From NCBI GenBank assembly GCA_002633005.1, contig NMRA01000812.1, positions 62,001-126,000 of the forward strand: 64,000 nucleotides of DNA. The letters are read 5' to 3'. Below the pieces are notes generated by a model. It was not told the DNA's origin and searched no databases. It saw only the letters and a list, made by a program, of their open reading frames with translations. Position numbers and translations under genes: made by a program. Positions 53,039-63,501 of the stretch are shown here, in pieces (the stretch's first letter is position 1; each line of letters starts with the position of its first letter). Origin of the DNA: Phoronis australis (taxonomy: Eukaryota; Animalia; Phoronida).

Positions 53039-56000
53039 ACGAGTTTATGTTTACATCACAAAAAACAGAATTATATGACTGGGTGGCATAAATGTTCTTA
53101 TGAATAATTTACCTGAATGGAGAGAACTTACTTGGGATCACCTTCCAACATGCTCTGTGTACCGTTACCATGGTGAACGTCCCAGTCAACAATCAACACT
53201 CTGCAATCACAACAAGGAAATAAATTATAAACAAATGAGACTGAATATCATCGTCAGTCACCAACATTGTAATTACAACAACCAGGAGACAGAAACCAAC
53301 TCTTACACCCAGTGTATACACTTACCACATATTGTACACAGTAACTCATACCGTGCATAAACACACATACCACGGAATGGCTGGACTTCAACCATGACCA
53401 GGCAATCTTACAATGGACAACGACCAGGCAATCTTACCACACACACTGTTTAGTACAAGTGACCAAAGTCCAGTTCTTGTGTTTTTTTCGGTCACTTGCA
53501 CCAAAGAGTGAGTCTTTTGCAAGACTGCACATGTCAAGTGGTTGAAGTTCAGATCCGAGGTAGGGAATTTTGTGCCTGGTATATTTGTGGCAAAAAATCC
53601 TGGTTCCTTGTATTTGTCATTCCCAAGGGTTACAGTTTCTGTAACTAGTTAATTGCATAATATAAATTATATCACGACGTGAATGTTCTTTTTCATCTAA
53701 CCATTTTGGACTTTCAGGACTTCGACTGTACGTGCGACAGAATGTTTTATCGCAAACTGCATAAACACATTCTGACGATTACAGTCCATAGTGGACACAA
53801 CTATGTCAACTTTGAAGCAATCTCAAGATAAAAGTTTGGAGTGGAGGAAGCTGACCTTTTGACGCCAAACTTTCTCTGTGCATATTTCGCCGCTACAGGT
53901 ACGTTGTTGAACAAACAGAACCCACATGCTGTGTCCTTCTCAGCATGGTGACCAGGAGGGCGGATAAAGGCGACACCATTCAAACACTGAAAGGATAAAA
54001 GTTATGCCTTTATATTACCCAGCATGTAAAATTCATGTACCAACAACACTGAAGGATATGCAATGAATCGTTTATTATGTACCAACAGCACTGAAGGATA
54101 TGCAATGAATCGTTCATTATGTAACAATTACAATACTGAAGGAAATGTAATGAATCGTTCATTACGTACCAACAACACTGAAGGATATGCATTGAATCGT
54201 TCAATATGTTTCAGATAATAGCATTAACATGACTTTCGTTTTGTGAGCAGTTTACAATGATGTTCTTTCAAAACATATGCATGAAAATCACATCCACAAC
54301 AGACAGATGTCAGATGTTAGTTTAAGTAATTACAAAATCCTCTTATTGCTACAGAACTGTAATAAACAACTCCAATAATTAACATCATATTACCTGTCTA
54401 CTGAGCACAGCATCCACCACATTTAGGAGACTACCAGCTGACAGCAAAGCACAATCATAGCTCTNAGGATAAAAGTTATGCCTTTATATTACCCAGCATG
54501 TAAAATTCATGTACCAACAACACTGAAGGATATGCAATGAATAGTTCATTATGTACTAACAACACTGAAGGATATGCAATGAATCGTTCACTATGTACCA
54601 ACAGCACTGAAGGATATGCAATGAATCGTTCGTTATGTAACAATTACAATTATACTGAAGGAAATGCAATCAATCGTTCATTACCTACCAACAACACTGA
54701 AGGATATGCAATGAATTGTTCACTATGTTCATATTATAGCATTAACATGACTTTCGTTTTGTGAGTTTACAATGATGTTCTTTCAAAACATATGCATGAA
54801 AATCACATCCACAACAGACAGATGTCAGATGTTAGCTTAAGTAATTACAAAATCCTCTTATTGCTACAGAACTATAATAAACAACTCCAATAATTAAGAT
54901 CATATTACCTGTCTACTGAGCACAGCATCCACCACATTTAGGAGACTACCAGCTGACAGCAAAGCACAATCATAGCTCTCCTGGATATAGAAAACACATT
55001 ATTGCACTATATACAGGTGACACATCATTACACAATACCTTAGTAATTTGCATATGACAATCAATGTTCCTATAAACACGCCTCCAGTAAAAAGAACTTT
55101 GCTTTAGACCACTTTCAACTTGTTCCATTCTCACACTAGAGGGGGCTTCAAAGCCTGGAAAGCATGATTCAGAACTATTTGTTACAACTTGATAGCAGGC
55201 CCAACAAGTTGGTTTGTCACTGTGTGCAGAGGATGTCCTCAAACAATAATGAGCTGTCAATTCATCACAAGTCCATGAATTAGTCTTATCTAAGTAAGAA
55301 ACAAGTTAAGACCAGGTTATTCATGTAGGGAACTGGTATTTAAACAAACATTCATTTGTCTGTTTGATGGAATGTAACTTAAAACAACTCCAGTACAACT
55401 CATACGAAACCAGACAAAGCACTGACTCCGTGTGACGATGGTCAATTCTGCCTGCAGATTTATTTTCCCCAATTCCAGCTGAAAATATGCATAACCTGTA
55501 AAGTACAGCCCTATACTAGAAGCAGTCTTACCAGTCAAGTTCTTTTCCACTGAGCAAATCGCAGTCTAATGACACCACGCCTTAATTTATGGACATGAAG
55601 TATATGAATGGTTGACTTACAGGCAGGAGGTATATGGATGTGAACTTTGAGGCTATCTGAAACAGCTCCCTGGGCTTGGTTCGAGAAAATGATTCGACTT
55701 CTTCAATGTATGATTGGCTGTAGGAAGAGAAGGAGAATTATAGTGAGGAAGGTAGTGAAATCTAGGCCCAAAATTAACACTCTCAAAGCCAGACATTCAC
55801 AATAATAGATAAACTCTTAAAGCCAGACATCCAATACTAGATACCTGACTCAAGGTACACTGTCTACTCTTAAAGTGTGCTATGAAACTCAATTTCAGAT
55901 AGCGCAAATGCCTCAGGACTGTTGTGGAGGCTTTATTTTGAGAAATCTATTCATACTTCAAAACAAACTACCTCACTTCATCATGGTACTTGACTTCAAG

Positions 56001-59000
56001 ATATAGTAACCTCCTGAATTCAACTCTTCTCNCTACCTCACTTCATCTGGTACTTGAGTTCAAGATATAGTCACATTCTGAATTCAACTCTCTTTTGTGG
56101 AGGTAGGAAAAAGCATATGATTGACCTAGATTTTGAAATGTTAAGTCACAAAACACTCCGGACTAAAGACAAACAAGAAAAGATCAAAACACCGTGCCCT
56201 GTCTTGTTTATTACATTGTTTGGTGCTGGCATTGCAAATCAATGTGGAGCGATAATACTTAATTGCTACCATTGAAATCATTAATGTCATCGTCAAAAAT
56301 TGTTGTCCTATTGAAGGTACACCTTGACAAATTCACTCACCTATGAACAGCTAATAACTCTTCATGGGTTACTCTTCTTGACTGAAAACAATATTTCAAA
56401 TCAGAATTCACTACACTGCATATCTCAGAGCTTAAAATAACGACCGCATTTTTAACAATTACAACATCAGCTTGTCAAACTTTCTGCGCAGTACTTAATC
56501 TGTTTAACAGTTACCCTTAAAAACAATTTGTTACCTGCAGTTGGCTATACTGGCTAACTTAATCAACTAGCTTAAAGCACCTGACAAATTGTGTAAAATT
56601 GCTGCATAGTATGTGACATAAAGTTTTCAACAATTGTAAACAACTTATTAATGACTTCACAACAAGTAATCAGTGTTAAACAAATAAATGCTACATTTAA
56701 TGTATGTCCTAAATATCCCAATCAATGGCAAGACGCACAGTGTATATCACAGTAGTATCACTACCTCAACTTGTATACACCTAGTCAACAAGTCATGGTC
56801 TTTGTGTGCGTTAAATATCTTGGTGATTCTGTCTGGCCTCTCAGGGTGGCTCCTAAAAACAGGGAATGCAAATCAGAATGGTGTACTAAGCAATCAATTG
56901 TGAAAAGACAGTTCACATCCTCCCTCTGAAGAATGAAGCTGCCTTGCAATTAAGTACTACAATACATTCATATGATTCAAGACATTTTAAGCTTAGTGTG
57001 GAAATGCCAAATTGGTATTCGTTGGAAATTTTAAAATATACGTGTCATCAATACAAAGAATTTGACGAGATGGAAGCCCTCCATGGAACAAGAGGGCAAT
57101 TCAGTAACAAAACTTGATTTCACAGTTTGTGTAAAATATTGACCACAAACATTTTTAAGTTTGATTTGACACAATGAGCATAAATCTGAAGGGATTTCTG
57201 CCCCATTCGGACTCAACACTCGGGACCTTCTGCTAACCGTGCAGCCAACAGGTGGCATGCAGACCAGACTTATACATTTTATGATCTGTATTTCCACACC
57301 GGTTCATGATTTAGATATTCGTATAAAATAATGACNCTGGCCTCTCAGGGTGGCTCCTAAAAACAGGGAATGCAAATCAGAATGGTGTACTAAGCAATCA
57401 AATGTGAAAAGACAGTTCACATCCTCCCTCTGAACAATGAACCTGCCTTGCAATTAAGTACAGAACTGCAATACATTCATATGATTCAAGACATTTTAAG
57501 CTTAGCGTGGAAATGCCAAATTGGTATCCGTTGGAAATTTTAAAATATACGTGTCATCAATACAAAGAATTTGACGAGATGGGAGCCATCCAGGGAACAA
57601 GACGACAATTCAGTAACAAAACTTGTTTTCACAGTTTGTATAAAATATTGACCACAAACATTTTTAAGTTTGGTCTGACACAATGAGCATAAATCTGAAG
57701 GGATTTCTGCCCCATTGGGACTCAACACTCGGGACCTTATGCTAACCGTACAGCCAACAGGTGGCATACAGGCCAGACTTATACATTTTATGATCTGTAT
57801 TTCCACACCGGTTCATGATTTAGATATTCGTATAAAATAATGACGTATTGACAAACTTTTCATGAATCTCTGGGGACATGTCCTTTAAAGCTTTACCTGT
57901 AGTCATTAATAATGACATTAATTTCCAGCAACAATACACAATTTTCCTTATGACTCGGCTTCATCTCCAGATCATGTCATATGCAAATAATGAACAATAC
58001 CAATAACCAAACTCACGTGTCCACAGTATTTCTATGCCTTCTCATGGCTTCATCGTAAACATAACACGTTCTGAAATTAAACACTTGTAAATTACTTCTA
58101 CAAACAGTTAAGTTCAAATTACCCAGAATAAAACTTGAACAAGTCATCAAAATCATGATTAAATTCCCGACATCAAATNAGTCATTAATAATGACATTTC
58201 CAGCAACAATACACAATTTTCCTTATGACTCGGCTTCATCTCCAGATCATGTCATATGCAAATAATGAACAATACCAATAACCAAACTCACGTGTCCACA
58301 GTATTTCTATGCCTTCTCATGGCTTCATCGTAAACATAACATGTTCTGAAATTAAACACTGTCTTGTAAATTACTTCTACTAACAGTTAAGTCAAAATTA
58401 CCAAGAATAAAACTTGAACAAGTCATCGACACCATATTTAAATTCCTGACATCAAATAAAATGGAAAATTATACAGGTTGACATTTGGCTGCGCATACGT
58501 GATGACCGAGCTGCTCGTGTTATAAAGTATGCATGCTTAACCATTAAAAACTACCTGTGTCACCTCATAATGGTCTTGCTCAACATGCAAGGCTCTTGCT
58601 CATGTGAATGAAACCCCAGCACAGATTCCAAACTGGGACAGCCTACCTATTAGGAGGGGTGGTCAGGTCTGTCTCCTTAATGAGCTGTTCCACTAAGGCA
58701 TTAGTCTCATCCACAACATCTTGAGGTAGAGGGGGATCAGTGTCCAGACTGTATACACTGGGTTTGTTCTCAGCTGTGATAAATGGAGGCTCATCACTGC
58801 AAGAGACAATAACAATACAAACCATTAGGGATCATTTTAGAGAAATGCGGGCAAGAGCAAATTGACCCACACAGCCTCATGTTTATGGGCCAAATTGGAG
58901 GACCCATGGGCCTTGTTATTTTATCAGCCTCATGTTTATGGGCCAAATTGGATGACCCATGGGTCTCGTTATTTTATTGTCCTTTTTCATTTCCAATTTT

Positions 59001-62000
59001 AATGGGCCCGTTGACCGGAGCTAAACAATAACAGTATGTGAATGAAATCATTTTGGTGACAATGACGAGGAACCCACTCCTAAAATTATCCCAACTATAG
59101 GACAAACTTCTTTGGCTTAAGAGACCAGCAGTCAAATGGCCAGGTGTCTCAGAAGACCAAACGAATATTCATAGGACATTTTCAGAAAATAACCAAGCTA
59201 CTAGTAGGTAATACTCAGATGACGTTGAAAAACATAATGGTCCAAAAGGCCATAACAACATAATGACTGCAAGAATTTTCATCAATGCCACGTGAGAAGA
59301 TCAGACTTGTTAGCATACAATGTATTTTACAAGCCTAAGAAAGTTAATGGTTGTCATTTGTGACATTAAAATGCCAAAAACATGAAAACATACAAATACT
59401 TACTAGTTAATGAAGGTTATGATGTCAAAAATATTAATTACTTAATCAGCTTTAAAACACTCAAATGAGACTCAATTGTAATACAGCATCAACTCACCAG
59501 ATGTCAGGAATGTTTGGTACCCAGAAGTTTTTCTCCGCCACTGCTTGATGACACAGACTTTTCCAATATGGCCGCAAGACACAGATACATCTCAAGATAG
59601 TGTCCACAACACTGTTAACAACACAAGCACATAAATATTAATTAGCCCGACATACAGAGACAACAAGTTTTAGATTGTAATTAAGCCGTGCTTGCATCCC
59701 TATCATAAGTTATCATTATCACTAATCACACACCCATTGATATGTGAAGCCTTGGTCCAAAGGTATGAAAACTTTGTGAAGAGTCTGAAAGTTTCACTGT
59801 CCGTGTTAAATAGCTTTGTTCGACAAAACAAATCTAAGATCTCAAATAGCCAGACAAGATCAACGTCTTCCTGTTGTCACAAAAATGTGAACCAATTTGG
59901 TGACTGTGCACATACATGTATTTGATACATACACATCTGAGGGTTCTCCAAGCGATGCAATAGCTGGACATGGGTCGCCTAGCAACCCTCTCAGTGTTAA
60001 GGCAACAGACTCGGCCAGCGATTTCAAGTTGTAACCACCCTGAAAGAAAAAATCATCACCATCAGATGTATGTTTGCATAATTCGCTAAAATTATGAACA
60101 CTTGTTTACGAGGTTGTTTGAAAACTGTGTTAAATGAACACAACATGTACTTTTAGTGATACAAGAGCTATGTTCACAATGGAGACATAAATCAAATGCT
60201 GGAGTGAAGAGAAGTCTGGCCACTTCAATTAAAACTGGACTAATTTGTGGACTGCCAGTGACCATACAGGGTGCTTAGTCACATCTTGCCTCAAGCACTA
60301 CTAACAGAGCTTGGTGTCAATCAGGAGAGATATGAATCACATCAAGTACAACACAGTGCGTTGTTAGGTAGGGGAGATAATTTAATGCATCGTATCTTAC
60401 CTCAAGCACCACACAGAGCTTGTTGTCAGCCAGGGGAGATAACATGTGGATGAAGTGAGGGAAACAGGCAGGTTCCACTTTCATTTCACCCTACAGACAA
60501 TAACACAAAAAACAAAATTACGTCACACCAAAGGAAACGCAACCCGAGGTTATAGACGCAAATTTAAAAGTTTACCCTTTACTTGTATCAGCAGATATTT
60601 GGCTCTGAAAGCAATGCACAAGACATATCTGAAGCACATAATTAGGCTAATTGTAACNAAAAAAAACAACATAAAAACGAGGAATTGTTTTGAGGTCACA
60701 AAGTCTGATTATGTTTCTGTGCCCAATCAATGGCATATTAGATCAGTGAATTAAACTGTGTAAGGTCCACTTTGACAACAAACATTATTTCCAAAAGAAT
60801 AACCTCTTTAGCAACTGATACTGTATTAAGAATTGTCTTTATAACTAAAGATAATAATTTACTAAATATCTGTCAGTCATGTACAGGTACAAATAAGTAA
60901 TCACCTTAAACTCCTGTTTCGCAAGTTCATGAATCGAAAGCTGACATGGGTGCTGACTACAGTAAGAAGGCGCCACACGGCAAAAACATTTACATTTGCA
61001 TGCCCTGTTCGCCAAAATCTACAGATCCCAAGGTAATTTACCACAGACTCCAGAAATGACCAGGTAGGAAAAGCTAGTTGCCGTGACAAGAGAGGTCTTT
61101 TCAGACTTGATGTCACAGTGTAAGGACAATGGACTGACTAAATGTTAATACAACAAAGTTGATGAAAAGGAGAAAAAAAATAAATTTATCATACAAAGTA
61201 AATAAGAAAATATTTACTTTATGGCAGCCAATTGCTGAATCAAAGCCAGCAGACACAAGAACCACTTGAGGCTGAAACTGAACAGAACAACAAAGTTTTC
61301 GGTACGAGTAACAAACTAGTACTAATAAGAAAGAATTCGACGAGAACAGAGGACATAGACATGGTCACATGGTGAGGTCAAAGGTCGGACAACAAGGTAA
61401 TGAGGGCACTGAATAAACTTGGTGGTTCAAGGAGCAATGAATTTGGAATGTTGTTGTAGATTCTCAGAGACAATTAGACACACTTGTGTGAGCAAACTGG
61501 CTGTGTGGAAGGTCAACCAGTTCACTACATAATCGCTTGCGCACTGATAGAGGTCAATTCCAGACATTTTAGTGCACCCACTGTGTCAGGCTCTGCATTT
61601 ACTGAGTGGCAAACAATAGGAAAATCAGTTGGACAGTGAAATGCAGAAATTAGAATGTCTGGACCTCAACTTCTCTAACAAGCGTCTGAGTAACAGAGTA
61701 CATTTCTTAAACATTCACATTTTAGAAGCAAAAACGATTCTAAAAAAGAGTTTTTAATTATACAATTAGGTATTCAGCAGAAAATTCTGTTTAACATTTG
61801 TCAAAAACTGTGACCATGTAAATGCTCCCTGTTCCCCTCATGACAACACAGCAGACATTCAAATACCTCGGGACATCCAACAGCGCCATCATACCCGGCA
61901 GACACTAAAACTATCTGTGGTGCAAACTGGAAAAATATTCAAGAAATGGTAACCAAAGAAATGTAATTAATTTCTACTTGAACTACCAACTTTGACTGCA

Positions 62001-63501
62001 CACGGAACAAATTGCGTTCCTTACAAAACCATTTCAATTGGTGCAGGTCTCCAGAGCATAAGAAATATTTAACTTCAAGTCTCCTTTAATCAATATAACA
62101 GTGGAAATTTCCTCTCAAATGAAAAACAGGATGAAGAATATCATGTAATACTTACCTCGTAGGCGACAGGCATCAACAGTTGTTGGAATATTGCCATATA
62201 GTCACTGTTACCCAACCCAGTCTGTAACAAAAGTCCATGACATCACCAATTTAGGAGTCAAATGAACAACCATTAACCAATCCACACAAACCAATGACAT
62301 CACAAATATGAAAGACATCGTAAAGCAATGACATCAGAAACACAACAGCCAATGAATGTTCTAGTTCTTCACCACTGTCACTGAAGCACCAAATATTATG
62401 CAACTCCCTCAAAAGTGATCACATACCATCATTTGTATTACGCAAAATAGATTTAGCAACAATTAATTGTAACTTTCCTAATGTTTTCGAGTATATTAAA
62501 CACGTTGCTTTTTATAGTAGTTACGTTTTACAAAAAATATTGTTCAACAAATAACAAACAAGTGTTAACTGAGACTGGGAAACAGAAATTGAATAAATAT
62601 TTCAAAGTATTCAACAAGATCAAACAGTCATGAAACACAGTAGAGTCCGCTCAGTGATCCACAAGTTTATTCATATACACACAAGGGATAGCTGTCTGCT
62701 CCAACAAGTATAGCTTAAGAACACACTAGACCCGAATCAAATTGAATAGTCATGTACTAACGACTCCAAGAAACACATTTAGTAGGAAACTGAGGCAGGG
62801 GCCAATAAACATGTACATTACGATAATTGTTTTTTCATTTAAACCAACTTATTGTTATTAAAACAACATAGGCAAAAATTCAATTTTGAGCTTCAAAAAT
62901 GGTGCCTCCCATTTTAATATAGTGCCCCACTTTTGAGGCCTGAAATTGAATTTTTGCTTATATGTGAAATATTAAAAATAAGTCGTTTACAATGACAAGC
63001 TGTAGATAACTGTTCTTTACTCACANGATAACTGTTCCTTACTCACAGTGTTAAGAGGAACATTGATGTTAAAGCCACGACCTTTTCCCTCGCCAATGTA
63101 GTCATAGTCGGACTCACGAAGATTTGGCCAGTAAAACCCATATTCAAAACGATGAATGGAAAAATAAAGAACCCTGTAATAAAATAACAATTGTACACTA
63201 AAATCATGTGCAGTGCAATTCTTAAAACTCTTGCTGAAATTACAGAATATAGTCTCAATTAGTTTGGGTCACAAAGTTGAGAGCAAACAAAATGATGAAA
63301 AAAGTTTGAAACAAACAACCAGATTATCTTGAGCAGGAGACAAAGAACAGTTCATGTAATTAGTTCACAAAGAGTATACCATTGAAGCAAAAATGGGCTC
63401 TTGGCATCAAAAACTACTTAATCAAGACTTGCCTTGGGTCATCGTAAAACATCTGTTGGGTGGCCTGGCCATGATGAACATCCCAGTCTACGATCAATAC
63501 A
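46132..63501 (-). CDS. HDAC6: Histone deacetylase 6 (class IIb; tandem deacetylase domains plus ZnF-UBP), multi-exon; 5' part lies beyond the window end
   Basis: The spliced exons give two HDAC domains ([10 protein letters not shown] twice, SAG[YF]D, LEGGY twice, RPPGHHA and GFC in CD2) and a C-terminal ZnF-UBP (CPHL...CRECG...WVCLQC...CGRY...H...H...WCYACDSYV). Exon phases are mutually consistent; stop TGA at 46132-46134. Confidence 0.96.
46621..46749 (-). CDS. HDAC6: HDAC6 ZnF-UBP exon [43 protein letters not shown]
   Basis: tttcag / gtaagt, 129 nt. Confidence 0.95.
46984..47139 (-). CDS. HDAC6: HDAC6 ZnF-UBP exon [18 protein letters not shown]...[10 protein letters not shown]
   Basis: ctgcag / gtaata, 156 nt. 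Confidence 0.94.
47480..47569 (-). CDS. HDAC6: HDAC6 exon [30 protein letters not shown]
   Basis: ccacag / gtaagt, 90 nt. Confidence 0.78.
47868..48282. mobile_element. MITE with TA target site duplication (Tc1/mariner/pogo-type) in an HDAC6 intron
   Basis: TA|ccatattcgccctaagaagc ... gcttattagggtgaatacgg|TA; a related end is at 3535-3568. Confidence 0.8.
48382..48473 (-). CDS. HDAC6: HDAC6 linker exon [30 protein letters not shown]
   Basis: ttgtag / gtgcac, 92 nt; phase 1-0 is required to connect the flanking exons. Confidence 0.72.
48597..48797. mobile_element. Palindromic MITE-like element in an HDAC6 intron
   Basis: ctgctatacaccttattcatgca...ttttaaaaacaat is mirrored by attgttttttaaacc...tgcgtgaataaggcctattgcag. 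Confidence 0.55.
48999..49262 (-). CDS. HDAC6: HDAC6 Ser/Thr/Asp-rich linker exon [11 protein letters not shown]...VESTL
   Basis: ttttag / gtatgt, 264 nt, phase 1-1, open frame. Confidence 0.8.
49520..49587 (-). CDS. HDAC6: HDAC6 exon [22 protein letters not shown]
   Basis: tttcag / gtgcgt, 68 nt, phase 2-1. Confidence 0.88.
50246..50442 (-). CDS. HDAC6: HDAC6 CD2 exon [35 protein letters not shown]...LQPPCL
   Basis: ccgcag / gtaaac, 197 nt; catalytic Tyr of EGGY. Confidence 0.95.
51760..52045. repeat. (TGG/TGA)n low-complexity tract
   Basis: Degenerate trinucleotide repeat; it explains the GG/DD/VV-rich ORF at 51797. Confidence 0.88.
52063..52122 (-). CDS. HDAC6: HDAC6 CD2 exon [20 protein letters not shown]
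   Basis: ttacag / gtacgt, 60 nt; canonical CD2 GDPL. Confidence 0.95.
52342..52407 (-). CDS. HDAC6: HDAC6 CD2 exon [22 protein letters not shown]
   Basis: cttcag / gtaatc, 66 nt. Confidence 0.93.
52798..52924 (-). CDS. HDAC6: HDAC6 CD2 exon [42 protein letters not shown]
   Basis: ttccag / gtaagg, 127 nt. Confidence 0.95.
52968..53033. repeat. (GA)n microsatellite
   Basis: Direct reading of the sequence. Confidence 0.97.
53132..53200 (-). CDS. HDAC6: HDAC6 CD2 exon [22 protein letters not shown]
   Basis: ttgcag / gtaagt, 69 nt; Zn ligands D-x-H. Confidence 0.95.
53856..53986 (-). CDS. HDAC6: HDAC6 CD2 exon [43 protein letters not shown]
   Basis: Catalytic His-His dyad RPPGHHA and GFC motif; tttcag / gtcagc, 131 nt. 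Confidence 0.96.
54030..54730. repeat. 42-48 bp intronic minisatellite (two haplotype-like blocks: 54030-54205 and 54505-54730)
   Basis: Unit tatgtaccaacaacactgaaggatatgcaatgaatcgttcat. Confidence 0.85.
54909..54980 (-). CDS. HDAC6: HDAC6 CD2 exon [24 protein letters not shown] (second copy at 54394-54464)
   Basis: atccag / gtaata, 72 nt. Confidence 0.9.
55621..55717 (-). CDS. HDAC6: HDAC6 CD2 exon [32 protein letters not shown]
   Basis: ctacag / gtaagt, 97 nt; SIY motif. Confidence 0.9.
56341..56381 (-). CDS. HDAC6: HDAC6 CD2 exon [13 protein letters not shown]
   Basis: tttcag / gtgagt, 41 nt. Confidence 0.9.
56765..56852 (-). CDS. HDAC6: HDAC6 CD2 exon [29 protein letters not shown]
   Basis: HPExPxR motif; ttttag / gtagtg, 88 nt. 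Confidence 0.92.
58292..58345 (-). CDS. HDAC6: HDAC6 CD2 exon [17 protein letters not shown] (second copy at 58017-58070)
   Basis: tttcag / gtgagt, 54 nt; the copy differs by one synonymous base and lies across an n join. Confidence 0.88.
58647..58796 (-). CDS. HDAC6: HDAC6 inter-domain linker exon [11 protein letters not shown]...ETDLTTPPN
   Basis: ttgcag / gtaggc, 150 nt, phase 2-2, open frame. Confidence 0.85.
59498..59611 (-). CDS. HDAC6: HDAC6 exon [37 protein letters not shown]
   Basis: taacag / gtgagt, 114 nt, phase 2-2; domain-terminal YW motif. Confidence 0.88.
59933..60039 (-). CDS. HDAC6: HDAC6 CD1 exon [35 protein letters not shown]
   Basis: tttcag / gtatgt, 107 nt; catalytic Tyr of EGGY. 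Confidence 0.92.
60401..60490 (-). CDS. HDAC6: HDAC6 CD1 exon [30 protein letters not shown]
   Basis: ctgtag / gtaaga, 90 nt. Confidence 0.92.
61218..61277 (-). CDS. HDAC6: HDAC6 CD1 alternative exon B: [20 protein letters not shown]
   Basis: gttcag / gtaaat, 60 nt, phase 0-0, open frame; homologous to exon A but clearly diverged. Confidence 0.85.
61867..61926 (-). CDS. HDAC6: HDAC6 CD1 alternative exon A: [20 protein letters not shown]
   Basis: ttccag / gtattt, 60 nt, phase 0-0; carries the Zn-ligand Asp (AGYD). Confidence 0.9.
62156..62221 (-). CDS. HDAC6: HDAC6 CD1 exon [22 protein letters not shown]
   Basis: ttacag / gtaagt, 66 nt, phase 0-0. Confidence 0.93.
62832..62997. mobile_element. 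Palindromic MITE-like element in an HDAC6 intron
   Basis: ataggcaaaaattcaattttgagcttcaaaa pairs with ttttgaggcctgaaattgaatttttgcttat. Confidence 0.55.
63047..63173 (-). CDS. HDAC6: HDAC6 CD1 exon [42 protein letters not shown]
   Basis: ttacag acceptor, gtgagt donor, 127 nt; a partial duplicate at 63793-63855 follows an n. Confidence 0.93.
63433..63501 (-). CDS. HDAC6: HDAC6 CD1 exon [22 protein letters not shown] (GC donor)
   Basis: Acceptor tttcag; donor AAG|gcaagt; 69 nt, same length as the CD2 paralogous exon. Confidence 0.92.

Noticed and set aside
51797-53107. Gly/Val-rich ORF and ERERER ORFs
   Set aside because: Simple-sequence repeats inside HDAC6 introns.
54394-58345. Duplicated CD2 exons (54394-54464, 57337-57356, 58017-58070) as alternative exons
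   Set aside because: They are near-identical including their introns and lie next to n joins, so they are assembly or haplotype redundancy.
60904-61003. Possible additional alternative HDAC6 exon
   Set aside because: In-frame stop in the required phase and no similarity to the HDAC fold.
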